This document shows, in pieces, positions 49,164 to 61,494 of a stretch of DNA of 64,000 nt. The notes beneath the pieces were generated by a model. That model was not told the DNA's origin. It searched no databases and worked only from the letters and a program-made list of their open reading frames with translations. Each line of letters opens with the position of its first letter. The stretch's first letter is position 1. This DNA comes from Raja brachyura (lineage: Eukaryota), in NCBI GenBank assembly GCA_963514005.1, contig OY740814.1, forward strand, positions 13,950,001 to 14,014,000, in the 5' to 3' direction. The translations under genes and the position numbers were made by a program.

Positions 49164-49374
49164 CTGTTAACAGTTCTAAGATCAGACCATCTACCAGCAT
49201 TCTCAGTTAATGGTTTAAAAAAGGAAATACATAAAATGACAGGTAAATCTGAAATGATTCTTTACATTATAACAGTTAAAATGATTTCAATCACATGAAA
49301 GTGACTTCTTCTGAACTCAGCTATAGGAACAAAGTCCCTAGATATCAAAATTACCGTACTTAATAATGACTAAC

Positions 49375-49655
49375 CTAGAAGATTGCTTCAGCTCTTCAGA
49401 AGTATCATCAACAACATCACTCTGCTTTGCTTCACATGACATAGATCGATTTAGCTTGCATGCAACTAAAGCTTTAGCCATGGACTCTTCTCCATGTTGC
49501 CAAAAGAACATAGCCATTTTCTGCCTCTTCATTAGTACAGCCCACACTAGTAGTTCATTGAAAGGATAGGGAAAACATCTGGTTTCGGGGTCATCAATGT
49601 CGACAATTTCATCTTTGGCTCTCTTTTTCTTTCCCTGATCAACAGAGGATTCGGG
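49375..49655 (-). CDS. TRPM7: TRPM7 exon ~16 (281 nt) [11 protein letters not shown]...[14 protein letters not shown]...KQS
   Basis: attag acceptor, AG|gttagt donor. Confidence 0.95.
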
Positions 49656-49989
49656 CTAATAAAGCAAAAATACAGAGTCAGCATTTCCTTTGCTAAAAAC
49701 AGGGTTAAAAAAAGAACATAAGATAACAATATGCTTGGTGATTCAAATCAAATTGGTTGCTAATTTACTAATGATATGTGCACCTGTCTATTTAAACTGC
49801 AAAACTGTGGAGAGTGCAACATTAGACCTGTTGACTTAGCGGCTGTCACAATGATTCATTAGATCACTTGCTTCTGAGTCTCTGGCTTCTCTCAGTTACT
49901 CCTGGACCTATCAGTTGCTTGACCACATCTCAGATCCAAGCATTTCTGCTGCAGAATTTTGAAAGCTACCATAATTGTCTACATCTCAA

Positions 49990-50460
49990 AAGATGAGATA
50001 GCGCTGATGAGGATGTAAACAAGATTCACTGGGATCTTGCATGGATGAGGCATTTCAATTGTGAGGGGAGACTGGAAAAGCTAGGTCTATGTTCCCTGGA
50101 GTGGGGAGGTGGTTAAGAGGAGACATGATTGAGGCATATAAAATTGAGGGGTATAGATAATGTAGATAGAATCACCCATCTTAAAGGTTGATAAAACTAT
50201 AGGTTAAGAGGGGATTGATTTGAAGGGAACCTATCACCTAGAGAGTAGAGAGTACCTGGTATACGCTGCTGGAGAGAGTGGTGAAAGCAGAGTTGCTGAC
50301 ATCATTTGTGTATCTAAACAGGCACTTGCATTGCAGCGGCACAGAATGCTATAGGCCAAGTGCTGCAAGATGGAATCAATATGGATGGGTGCCCACTGTC
50401 TGGCATATACATGGTGGGCTGCACAATCTCTTTCCCAAGCTGTATTACAACAAGCTTGGG
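49990..50460 (+). mobile_element. Degraded CR1 3' fragment
   Basis: ggttaagaggagacatgattgaggcatataaaat motif. Confidence 0.65.
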
Positions 50461-50529
50461 AAACACTTCTGCTTCTTATGAAAAGTATCCTGCAAAGTGG
50501 TGGGCACTTACTCTAACATACCACATTTT

Positions 50530-50663
50530 AGTCCGAAGAAGGGTCTCAACCCGAAACGTCGCCCATTCCTTCTCTCCAGAGATACTGCCTCACCCGTTGA
50601 GTTGCTCCAGCACTTTGTGTCTACCTTCGATTTAAACCAGCATCTGCAGTTCTTTCTTACACA
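50530..50663 (+). mobile_element. Penelope-pLTR-derived repeat with near-intact hammerhead core
   Basis: ccgaagaagggtctcaacccgaaacgtc...cagttctttcttacaca. Confidence 0.7.
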
Positions 50664-51041
50664 TTTTTAAGAACATGCATACATAGTTTTGTAAGATAAT
50701 TGAAATTCTTGCTAAGTTTAAAGAGATTCCAGATAGAGAAAAATACTCAGCAGAGCAATGAGCATCGGTTCATTGGATTATAGGACTGGTAGTGCGAGAA
50801 CAAAGATTTTAGATTGCAGAATGCCATGGCATTCTTCAAATGCATTTTTTCAAATAAACCAAATGAAAACATGAATAAACTAATGAAAATAAAATGTTCC
50901 TTAGACAGCAAGCTGATGCCCATATCATTGAAATCTATGCACACTTAGTGTGACAACTCGGTTTTTCTGTGTTTAAAATCTAGCAGGTGGTGCATTCACC
51001 TCCCTTATCCTCCAAACATGTTATGCCATGTTTCCCAGTAC

Positions 51042-51176
51042 CTTAGGTTTATAAGGCTGTGCAGTCTTAATGAAGTGATTATGTCGAGTCTTTTCCTTTT
51101 TGTCTGCTCGATTAGTCAGTGACTCCTGATGTTTGCGTAGCTGAGGTATACTGCTTGATGAATGTCGCCCAGATCT
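51042..51176 (-). CDS. TRPM7: TRPM7 exon ~15 (135 nt) RSGRHSSSS...TAQPYKPK
   Basis: ccag acceptor, AAG|gtactg donor. Confidence 0.93.
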
Positions 51177-52073
51177 CTGGATTAAAAGGGTAAAGGAATA
51201 CTCATTAACATTTTCCAATGATATTCAAGTGTTACACAAGTTTAGATGTTAGGGCTGAACATACTCTCCTGCTTTATGGTCACTTTAATTAACAACAGTT
51301 TTAAATTCCTACTATTTTATTTGAATTGCTTTGTGGTCCCTGAGTTATATGTCCAGGCTTCTGGATTATTAATTCAGTAACCACAAAGTGCAACTTTAGA
51401 AATTCTGTCAGACTGGTATTTTGGGCATCTGAATATCAGATGAAATTTACCATAGGGATATGAGAGATAATGTAATTTAGGATGAATAATAGTCACATTT
51501 ATTAAATATTAAAACCTTTTAAGATATAAAAGCAAACGGTCTTGAAGGTTCAAAGGGACTGAATATACTTAAGTGGCCAGCGATATTGCAGGGAATATTC
51601 TTAAAACACTGAAGTTTATTAGAACGTGAAATGCCTAAACAGCTATGATGCACAAAACAGAATGCACATTTATTTTTAAAAATATATATAATTGAAAAAC
51701 ATGTTTGAGAAAACTCAAGAGATTGAAAGTATGAAGATATCTTTATTAAAAGTTCATTTGAAACTAAGAGCTTCATGAAAAGGTATTACCTGATGCAATT
51801 ATTTCTGATTCCCTTACATGCATCTATTGACAAACATGCCAACACAACTATTAATTTACCTAAAGCAGAACTTGAGCAGCATTTTGTCATAACAGGATTG
51901 AATATATAATTTTACTTCAATTCTAAAGAGAGTAATTTGAACATGTTTATAAATGTAGAAAATAATTTCTGACCAAAATCAAAAGCTAAAAACAAGTGCT
52001 ATAATCCATAGATAACGTTGTTAGCAAATGAGAAATATTGCATCTTTATATTCCCCACATGGTGAGCTACTTG

Positions 52074-52906
52074 TTGGAGTGGCGGCGCTGCCTTGGCAGC
52101 TGCAGCTCGCCTGCAGTCCGTCTGTTTTTCCTTTTTTTGTTGTTTTCTTGTTCCATTTTAGCTTGTTAATTTGTTATTAGGTTGTGTATGTGTGTGTGGG
52201 GGGGTGGGAGAAATTTGTTTTAGTCTCTTCCTTCGGGGGGGACGCGACTTTTCTTGTCGTATCCCCCGTCTCCGTCTGCGCTGAGGCCTAATGGCGGAGC
52301 TGGCGGCCTCCGACTGCGACCGATCTCGAGGCTCCGGAGGCAGAGCCAGCCAGGACTTACCAGCGCGAGGCTGGTCGATTTCAGGGCTGTGGTGGGTTCA
52401 GACATTCCGGCGGCCCGACTCGGAGCTGCGGTGGCTTTCTGGTGGCGGCGGCAGCAACTTGGGAGGTTCGGCCGCGGGCCCAGTGGACGACATCGTCGGG
52501 AGCTCGCAGGTCACAGGTTGGTGACCTGTTTTTCTGGAGCTCCTGCGGCAACAGCTTCATCCGCTGAACTGGAGGGCGGCAACTTCGACCGCCCCGAGCC
52601 CCGGAGTTGAACCAGCCCATTCGTGGAGCACGGTTCAGCCGCGGGACTTACTCATCATCACCCAGTGGGGTCACAACATCGGAGGCCTGGATCGCCTCAG
52701 CGCAGAGGAAGAACAAGAAGGGAAGAGACAAGGACTTAAGATTTTTGCCTTCCATCACAGTGAGGTGGTGTCTGGTGAACTCACTGTGGTGGATGTTAAA
52801 TTTGTGTTTATTGTGTGTTTTGTTATTTTATTATATATATGACTGCAAAATTTCGTTCAGGGGACCGAAAGGTCTGAATGACAATAAAGTTTCCATGATT
52901 CCATGA
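52074..52906 (+). mobile_element. CpG-rich non-autonomous retroposon with LINE-type 3' stem-loop and tandem tail
   Basis: 6-bp TSD tacttg; ends ttcag-ggacc-gaaa-ggtc-tgaa...acaataaa followed by (ttccatga)x2. Confidence 0.7.
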
Positions 52907-53081
52907 TACTTGGCAGGCTGGGGCATTAGGATAAATGACCAATAACTTGCAGTCCAAGCACAGGACATTATCAACTCTGCATGTACTTCAAAAACCCTCA
53001 ATGTAATGACTTAGAAATGAACAACGAGCTAGCTGATTATACTTCATATACATGAAATATTCGGGAAAGTAAAGAGCATAC

Positions 53082-53222
53082 CCGAGTGTGTCCATGAAGA
53101 TTGTTGTAGATCATTCTGAAACGTTTCCTTGTGTACGTACATCGATATGTTCCACCCATAAGATATTCGATGACAAGACCCACATCAATCAAAGTGATTT
53201 TATAATCTGAAGGAAGATTCCC
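53082..53222 (-). CDS. TRPM7: TRPM7 exon ~14 (141 nt) [24 protein letters not shown]...HTR
   Basis: catag acceptor, CGG|gtatgc donor. Confidence 0.95.
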
Positions 53223-54236
53223 CTATGAAACATAAATCAAAATGATTAATTCCATGATCAGAGTGAAGTTTCACCCTCAGGGAAATAATACTGAATTAAG
53301 ATCAATGCATCTTTCTAACATAGCTCAGTGGCTCAACTTAAAATATGAAAAGGCATCACCAACAGCAATTGATAAAAATCAAAATTCTTCCAGTGAACCA
53401 GTTTCAAACCTGACCTCCGTAGTTTTTGAAGAAAATGCACATCCTGTGCTCTTTGGTTTCCAGCCACACCCCAAGGATGTGCTGGTGAGAAGGTTAATTG
53501 GCACTGTAAATCACCCCACTATATAAATATGTGCTGGAATCTGAGCAGAAATTTTGGGGGAATAAAATGGGCTGAGTGTAAGGCTAGTTAAACATCAATG
53601 GATGTTTGATAACTAGCGTGGATATGTTAGGCTAAGGGTTGTTTCCATACTGTATGACTCAACGAGGCTGAACTCTTCCTTCAAGTATTCTGCTTGACAT
53701 AACTAAGCATAAATAGCTTCAATTCAAAATGACATTTCTTACTAACAAAACAATGCCATTAAAGAGACGTTGGAAGAAAATCATCTTTATGTTACATATA
53801 TCATTGTCATACATATCTATAACAGGGAATTGCAGAAAGCAAGAAAAATGTTCCATCTACTACTTGTTTTTCCCTTCTCTTTCAACATCTGTCTGTACTT
53901 ATCACGCACTGCCTCCCATCACCCAGTCATTCAATTGCACGTATCTTCTGACAACCTCTGCCTCCCCTCTCTACGCTCAGTCCTGATGCTGCGCCTCGAC
54001 CCAAAACATCGACTGTCCCTTGGCCTTCACAGTTGTTGTTTGATAGACTGAGTTCCCCCAGTAGTTCATTTTTTCCTCCAAATTTCATCATCTGCATTGC
54101 CTTGTGTGTCTGTCTTTACTTGGATATATCTGTTTAACAATCATTGTAAAATATGTATTCTAAAGCTATTTTAAACATTAGTGCGAGATCTCAGTATGTA
54201 GTTACAAAGCTCAAAGATTAGCAAGAGTAAGATTAC

Positions 54237-54290
54237 CTGTTTAACATCTCTCACTAGATGAAGCAATGTTGGATTAGTTGGCCCTTGTTT
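54237..54290 (-). CDS. TRPM7: TRPM7 exon ~13 (54 nt) KQGPTNPTLLHLVRDVKQ
   Basis: tgcag acceptor, CAG|gtaatc donor. Confidence 0.93.
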
Positions 54291-55340
54291 CTGCATTGAA
54301 AGAGCACAAACATACAAATGTAGTTATCCAGCAATGGTCAGGAAAGGCAGAGTAAATATTTTTTCATTGTCCACTTCGACAGAATATCACCAATTTCAGC
54401 AGAGCTAACAAATAGCTCCCGGTGGATGTTTATGTTAAATTTTATTTTATGTGGCTGAATTGTGTCTTGTCGTTTTTCTCACATAGTACGGCTGTATGGT
54501 AACTCAGAATTTCACTGTACCTTAATTGGTACATGTGACAATTAAAAATGATTCATGAATCTTGAAATAAATTCTGTATTTGAAAGACGTTTGTATTAAT
54601 TCATCCTTATAATGTTCACTGTAAAGTACTGTTGAAGTTCAATGTATAGCCACAAAATACATTTTGGATTAATCAATGTATTAACTCTCTCTCTTTAATT
54701 TGATACAAGGTCATACATCCCAGTTTATGTTCTTACAGATCAATTTGAAATATTAAATCCTAAATATTTTCCATACACATAATGCAACACCCCAAACAAA
54801 CTATTGCATTGTAATGCCAAAGCGTTAACCACTGTTTTTCGTTATTGACATTTTGCAGAAACTGCTAGAAAAACTCAGCAGGTCAGGTAACATCAGTGGA
54901 ATATGAAACAGTGTTATCTTTCATGCTGAAGCTCCTGTTCCAGTGCAGTGACAAGCATACATGTTGGTACAAGACAGGGATACAGACGTCCTCGTATCCC
55001 TGTCGTTAGTACATCTTCCCCAGCCAACAATGGGCCATTATGAACTCAACCCTTCCTGAGGTCAATTGTTGCCAGCCCTGTTTTGTTCTGGCCCCTTTAT
55101 CGCATCCAGTCCTCTGTCTCCCTCCCCCCCCCAAAAAATCTGAAGAAGGGTTCCAACTCAAAATGCCACCTATTCCTTTTTTCCAGAAATGCTGCCTGAC
55201 CCGCTGAGTTACTCCAGCATTTTGTGTCTATTTTACTTTTTTATTGATGCTACCCGAACTGCTAAGTGTTTCCAACGTTTTATGTTTTTACTTCAGATTT
55301 GCAGTATTTGTTGTTTTTCTTTGACATTCCTTCCACTTAC

Positions 55341-55475
55341 TGTATTGTATAACTCTTCAAGTCTAGGGATTGTGAGGAACTTGTGCATGCTAACTCCATT
55401 TTCAATGAGAAGTTTCACAAATTCCACTCTGTCCATGACAAGAGCATCCAACATTGCTAGTTCAAGTGATCCAAC
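55341..55475 (-). CDS. TRPM7: TRPM7 exon ~12 (135 nt) [17 protein letters not shown]...EELYNT
   Basis: ttcag acceptor, |gtaagt donor. Confidence 0.95.
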
Positions 55476-55879
55476 CTGAAATATTCAATGACAATTAGAG
55501 GCTGACTTAAAAAAGGTATGCTAAATGCCCATACCTATCTAAATAGAACATAATTAGCAAATAATTGAATATATAAAGAAGTTTTAAATTCAACAGGCGA
55601 CAATTCCATTGTTACCATTACAAATAAGCATTATAAAATTAAAATCCACTTGAAATGTTGAAACAAGTCTTCTGCTGAGACCTGCTAGTGGACATACCTA
55701 TAATTAGGAAATCTCGGGCAGAGGTTTTAATGTTGCCTTCAGCATAGCACAGCTATAAACATAATAAAATCAATGAGAAAAGTTTAATTTTAACAATTTT
55801 ATTTTTCAGAAATCCTAAGTGATTTCTAATGTTCGTGATTTCAAGATTATCAAACACTCAAAAACAATATGACGGGAAG

Positions 55880-56500
55880 AGGCACAAGAAACTGCTGAAG
55901 CTGGTATCTTGAGCAAAAATCAAAATGCTGGGGGAGCTCAGTGGGTCTGGCAGCATTTGTGGAGGGACAAGAACAGAGGGCGTTTTAGGTCAGGACCCTT
56001 CTTCAGATTGATGGAGTAGGGAGGAGAAAGTTGGAAAAGAGAGAAGTAGATGGGCAGTGTTGGCAATTGATAGGTGGATATAGACGAGGGGTGCCGATTA
56101 GCAGATGAGTGCGGTAAGTGTCAAAGGTTGGAGGTGTAATGAAGGCAAAAGGATGTCAGATAAGGAAAGGGGAGTGAAATGTAGAGCTGGAGGGTGGATA
56201 AGTGTGGAACAGGAAGGGGGTAATGGGAAAATATGGGACTCGGGGATGGGAGATTTGCATGCAGAACAGGGCAAATGAGCAGGGTGACTAGGGTTGTGGG
56301 AGAACGTTATGCACATTGGGGTGAGAGGTTAGGGGGAAAAAAAGTGTGGAGGCGGTTACTTAAAATTGGAGAATTCAATGTTCATTCCGTTGGGTTGTAG
56401 GCTATCCAAGGGGAAACATGAAGTACTGTTCTTCCAGTTTGCACGTGGCCTAACTCTGCCAATGGAGGAGGCCAAGGACAAAAAGATCAGTGTGGGGATA
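55880..56500 (-). mobile_element. Penelope-like element 3' portion (EN C-terminus and pLTR)
   Basis: Similar to 32673-32960; contains the reverse complement of ctgaagaagggtcctgacc. Confidence 0.72.
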
Positions 56501-56746
56501 GGTAGGTGTCACGTTTCTTTGCTGTTGATGTAATTCCCGTCACTACAGCTTGTCAGAAGTCCTGTACCTTGATGTGCTGGGAGCCAACCTCCCAGTAAAA
56601 AAAAAACTATGCTCTAGATTGGGCTAGGAGAAATTACTTAGCCCAGGTAGCAGACAAATGGCAAACACAGGGTAGCAGAAGATTTGCTTCATTCATTTCT
56701 CTCTCTGGTTGAATATAAACTTATTTTTTCTGAAATGTGTACATAC

Positions 56747-56847
56747 CAGCCACTGCTGCCCATAAACAAATGCATGATTCTTGGCAATATCCACTCTGTC
56801 CCAGGCAAGTGTTAAGATCAACTGATCAAATGCAGAAGAATTGGTAC
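56747..56847 (-). CDS. TRPM7: TRPM7 exon ~11 (101 nt) [22 protein letters not shown]...QQWL
   Basis: ttcag acceptor, CTG|gtatgt donor. Confidence 0.95.
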
Positions 56848-57419
56848 CTGAATAACGAGTTAAAGGTTTAGGGAAATAGGAGTTTTGAGAACTGGAGTAC
56901 AGTTAAGTAGGTTTTAGAAATAATTCTGTTTTCTTATTCCAAACAACAAAATCGGGTTCCTCTTGACTATCCTTTCACACTCAGAGTAAAAAGTAGACCA
57001 TCAACAGCAAAAATAATTGTTACTGTTACGGGCAGCTTGATTTTTAGGCTAAATATGGAATTATTTCTGACAGATGAAGGCAATGCCCCCAATAATCAAG
57101 GTCACTGGCCACAATGTTCCAAGTAATTAATACATCTGTACATATAATTTGTGAGCAACTATCTGCAAAATTAGATCTGGAAGAATTTATAATGGGGAAG
57201 CAGGAAAATAGCAGACCAAACATTCAAATGTCAAAATAACTTCCCAGAAGTGTAAAAGACCATGAATCTAATGAGGCTGAGGAAGTAAAGGACATTATTA
57301 CTAAGAAAATGGTGCCAAAAAAAAAATCAGATAAATCCCCAAGGCTTGATAATTTCAAATCAGAGTTGTAAAAGAGGTGCCTTGGAAACAATGGTTGTAT
57401 TGGTTACCATTTTCAGGGT

Positions 57420-57610
57420 CCGATCAGAAATGCTGACAAAGGAGGAAATATGGCAGAAAGGAAGCCATGCTTTAGGAAGGAAGATATTTCAGAAAATTTG
57501 GAGCAGAAGTGGTTGAGATGGAGAAATTGGGAAAGGGGGATGACACCATTATAGAAGACAGTGTGGGAGGAAATATGGTCAAGATAGCTGTGGGATTTGT
57601 GGGTTTATTG
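57420..57610 (-). mobile_element. Penelope RT thumb fragment
   Basis: Minus strand reads KPT.SHSYLDHISSH...IPLSQFLHLNHFCS (with a frameshift). Confidence 0.6.
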
Positions 57611-58042
57611 AAGAATAGCAATATAATGTAGTTTATTTTGGCTTCTGCACTAATCCCATTTGTCTACAGGTCATCTTGCGTATTATGACAAGAGATTTAG
57701 GATTGAAAGGATAGATTTCTTCAATAAAAGGGTGATGACCATGCAGAATCTGGAACAATTTTGTACACTGCTGTATTGTCACTGAAAATATATATTTAAG
57801 CACCAGATTGATAAACTTCTGCACACAGAACTCATCAAGAAGACCACTTAACACCGTACACTTATTTGCAAAATTAATTCAAAGGGGGATCTTAAACTTT
57901 CTTAAATATCCTTTTAAGGAACAAATTCTACTATGAATACATCTCACCTACAATGTAATAAAACAAAGCCATAATCTCAGCACCAAATAAAATTAGATTA
58001 AGAATGGTGTTCCAAGAAGCTGGTCAAGCTCAGAATACTTGC

Positions 58043-58115
58043 CTTTCAACAATGCTGTTAGAATGGCCACATCTATATCTTGGTGTTCCTCTGCCCCAAT
58101 GTGATATACAGTAAT
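58043..58115 (-). CDS. TRPM7: TRPM7 exon ~10 (73 nt) ITVYHIGAEEHQDIDVAILTALLK, with GC donor
   Basis: ttcag acceptor; only AAG|gcaagt preserves the frame into the next exon. Confidence 0.92.
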
Positions 58116-58350
58116 CTGAAAATGTAAAATAACATGTTCGATCTCTTCTCCTTAATGAAGCCCATGGTAATGATTTTTCCATGAAAGTTACCACATAGAT
58201 GTCACTTCTATTATTATAGACACGGTTTGTGCAGGTATCAAATTCAAGTAGGTGGATATCCATCTCAGCTGTGCCTAAACGTTCCTCCAATAAATACCTA
58301 CATGCACTTTCGGAGAAGATGCTACTAATTAGTCTAGGATTTGCTCGGTA

Positions 58351-59157
58351 TCTATATAATTAAAAGTCTAAACTTGCCCACTTCCTGTTTGCACTGTATA
58401 TTGATTTTAGAAAAAACTCGACCACTTAAGGCTGTGATTTTTGGCCACCTTACTCAGAGTCCCCCTCCAGCTGTCAGTGCTACATGATTTTTCCCATCGA
58501 TGAAAAATAAAAGACTTATTAATGTTTTTTAAATGTTGGGATTCTCTCTTCTGTCAATCACGCCATGAAGGCCACGTCCCTTCCGGTGGGAGCTATAAAA
58601 CCCAGAAGTGTGGGCATGGCTCAGTCTCTGCACGATGGGGGAGGGAGAGGGCCACGACTCTCAGTCTGAGCTGGAAATCTACAGAACACTAAAAATACAG
58701 ACCTATGAGTGGCCTTTATGTGTTTTTAAACTGTGCCTTTTGCAACTGTGTGGCTATTGAAATGTGTGCCTTTTGCAACGGTGGGCCCTTTGCAACGGTG
58801 GGCCCTTTGCAACGGTGGGCCCTTTGCAACGGTGGGCCCTTTGCAACGGTGGGCCCTTTGCAACGGTGGGCCCTTTGCAACTCTAAAAAAAGGCTGAAAA
58901 TGTCTAAAATTGATTGTCCACCCTCTTCCCATTCTCTCTCAGTCTCTCACCTGTTTTCGGCAGAATATCTGGCAGTTTCTGAGCTGCCAGCCCAAGAATC
59001 CATTCGGCCCACAATGCCCCATGCTAGCACTCCAGAAAGCCCCCCCCCCCCCCCCCCCCGGCCAGCAATCTTGGAATTGGTGGAGAAGTGGAATATTATG
59101 TCGGGGGACCAGCCCTCCCGTGTGAAGCTAGGACCCAACGGGTCCCATTTAGTCCAG
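58351..59157 (+). mobile_element. Non-autonomous Helitron
   Basis: a|TCTATATAAT 5' end; subterminal hairpin GGACCC-AAC-GGGTCC (59131-59145); CCAG|t end (CTAG-like); A/T insertion site, no TSD. Confidence 0.78.
58772..58881. repeat. Minisatellite, 17-bp unit TTTGCAACGGTGGGCCC, about 6.5 copies
   Basis: Six perfect head-to-tail copies plus a partial copy, inside the Helitron. Confidence 0.95.
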
Positions 59158-59377
59158 TATACTATAGATATATACAGGGTAAAATATAGAGAAAATTTCA
59201 AAGCTCTCAACACAAATAAATTATTGGTTGTGAAAGAAAAGGCAGGGATCACATTTCCCTTTGATAAGTGGAAGAGATTATATTAGTTTAAGATGTCAAG
59301 AATGCGATGAGAAAAGAGTTCTTTGCTCATTAAAAGTTAATCTGTGGCAGTCTTTACCCAGGTTCAATGGCTAAATA

Positions 59378-59460
59378 CAGGCAGTCCCCAACTTACTTAA
59401 GAGTTACATTCCGTAAACCTTTATGCGTCAGATTTAATGCAAGTTGGAATCACCTTAAAA
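59378..59460 (+). mobile_element. Tigger-like MITE left end
   Basis: ta|caggcagtccccaacttac terminus; right end not located. Confidence 0.45.
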
Positions 59461-60010
59461 CTAGGTCGAAACAAAGAAATGCACACGAGCCCTTCCTCAA
59501 GAGCTGTCGCACAGTCCGATTGACGTGGCTGTTGTTGCAGCTCGCATTGTAGCCCTTGACCGACAGGGCTTTCATCAGGCTGTTGCCGACAGGACATGCT
59601 CGGTCACCGTCTGTTTCCCGCCCCCCCTCCCCCCCCCCCCTCTTTCCTGGCGGCCGTCATTTTGTCCGCTCCCCCCTCCACCACATCCCTCCCCTGGCTA
59701 ACCAATGTCTTCATCCTGAGCAAATACTGCATTGCTAGAATATGCTCAGCCCTAGTATTGCATTCTGAGCATCACCTATCACCAGTGCCAGTTTTCCTCA
59801 TTCCCAATACAAAGTCTTAAAAGTTCAAGCATGAAATTTTTTTTAAAAAAAAGAATTTTTGTGGAAAAACCAAGGACCTTTACCAAACTCATCCTCGTTA
59901 ACAAGGGTGCAGATATACCCTATTTCATTGCTACGGATCAAATTCAGATCTGGACTTGAAAAATATATCATTTACTAGCTCGCTACAACATACTTTTGTG
60001 GCAAACTTAC

Positions 60011-60134
60011 AAGTTCTCTAGCCTTCATACATTCCATCAGAGTCTGGAATAAATGATATGCTTCATTTTGGCTGAAGTTAAAAGTCTTTTTGATTGTGGT
60101 GAGGATTTCCAATTCCAACCCATCAGGAAGCATA
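60011..60134 (-). CDS. TRPM7: TRPM7 exon ~9 (124 nt) MLPDGLELE...MKAREL
   Basis: caccag acceptor, |gtaagt donor. Confidence 0.93.
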
Positions 60135-60926
60135 CTGGTGGGGAACCAAACAGTCATAATTAATCAGTAAAGTCAGCCAAGCATACTGAATTAGTTATAA
60201 AATATTTTAAAAAGGTTATTCAAGATAAATAATTTCACAAGTCCAGATTTTATGCAGAAAAACAAACTTGTTAATTGGTTACAAGCTAATTCACGATTCC
60301 ACAAGCTAAATACTGTTGGCCTGATTGATCAATAATGTAAACTGTTACCTTGCAAATTCATAACATTCTTATTAATGTTTGCCTCGCATCAGTCTTTCTT
60401 CAAACAAATGAACCTTCTAGCCTAAAGTATTGAATAAATGGCATTGGTGTGTGCTCCAGGATTAAAGGACTTCAACATAGAAAGTGAAAGAGACTACTTT
60501 TGCAGATTGGTAAATTGTTAACAAGGAAGCGACAATTTTTACAAATCACTGGTGGCTAGAATCAATTTTCAGACTTAAATATTTTGCCTCGGTTTCATGT
60601 TAAAACAGTCTTTTTATGTAAAACTAGATATTTGGATAAGGGATTTGTCAAAAGTAGTTAACTGGGTAGTCTTTAATTAAAAAAGAGGGATCAGAAGAAG
60701 TGGCTCAGACAGGTAATCTATTTGGCTCTCATATTCCAGGAAACAATTTAGCATTACTGTAATTTCCATACTTCAGTGTTACAGTGAGACAAGGAGACGC
60801 ATAATTACACAAAAGGCACACGTGGATACACCCCACATTCAGTTTTCCCGAGTGAGAAAAACTGTCTAGGCACAGATTACAGTGATGTTTGTTTCCTTTG
60901 TTGAATAAATTGCATCAGTAACTTAC

Positions 60927-61101
60927 CCTCCCTCCTCAGTCTGCTTGTGCACAAAGGCCAGCAGGTCTGCAGCTCGCCCAGTCCCTTCACAAACAACCAC
61001 AGGTACAGGGGGTGTCTCTAGCAGGTAGTCGAGCACAGTGGGGATGACATTAGGACCACCCTCAAATATTAAAGCAACTACTGGTACACCTTGGCCTATT
61101 C
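60927..61101 (-). CDS. TRPM7: TRPM7 exon ~8 (175 nt) [16 protein letters not shown]...QTEEG
   Basis: ttacag acceptor, GG|gtaagt donor. Confidence 0.95.
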
Positions 61102-61227
61102 CTGTAAAATCAAAGTAACAAATGAATATTTCTCATCAGTATTCACCAGGGATAAGGATATGGATGCAGAGAGTTAAGGGAGGAATTTGCTGATATTATG
61201 ATCATTATAAATGTCTGCAGAACTAAC

Positions 61228-61399
61228 TTGCATGAATCTTCTGGAGGTTGATGTGTTTTTCTAGTTCTCTCCGAAGCTTAACTTCAGCACCATACTTCCC
61301 AACTGTGCCATCATCCACCAGAATGAAATGGGAATGCAAACTATTTAGAACATTCAATTTACTCAGAGGGTTTAACAAGGTCTGGTATGGTACAATAAC
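61228..61399 (-). CDS. TRPM7: TRPM7 exon ~7 (172 nt) [15 protein letters not shown]...RIHA
   Basis: tttcag acceptor, |gttagt donor; [10 protein letters not shown] motif. Confidence 0.95.
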
Positions 61400-61494
61400 C
61401 TGAAAACACAGAAATGTTGAGTCACATCAAAAAGTATTTAAAACCAGACTAAAATTCAACAATGCTCAGTTCAACTTGAAATGTAACCCCTTAC

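Noticed and set aside
52220-52906. Overlapping GC-rich ORFs / CpG-island-like promoter
   Set aside because: Lies within a TSD-flanked interspersed repeat that has relatives elsewhere in the window
54973-55004. 11-bp stem hairpin GACAGGGATAC...GTATCCCTGTC as an ncRNA
   Set aside because: Sits at the edge of a decayed Penelope-type repeat; more likely an inversion junction
58772-58881. Regular repeat array resembling CRISPR
   Set aside because: Head-to-tail 17-mers without spacers, no cas genes, eukaryotic intron; it is a minisatellite
58705-59286. 193-aa ORF with repeats
   Set aside because: Open because of the VNTR and poly-C in the Helitron; no domain signal
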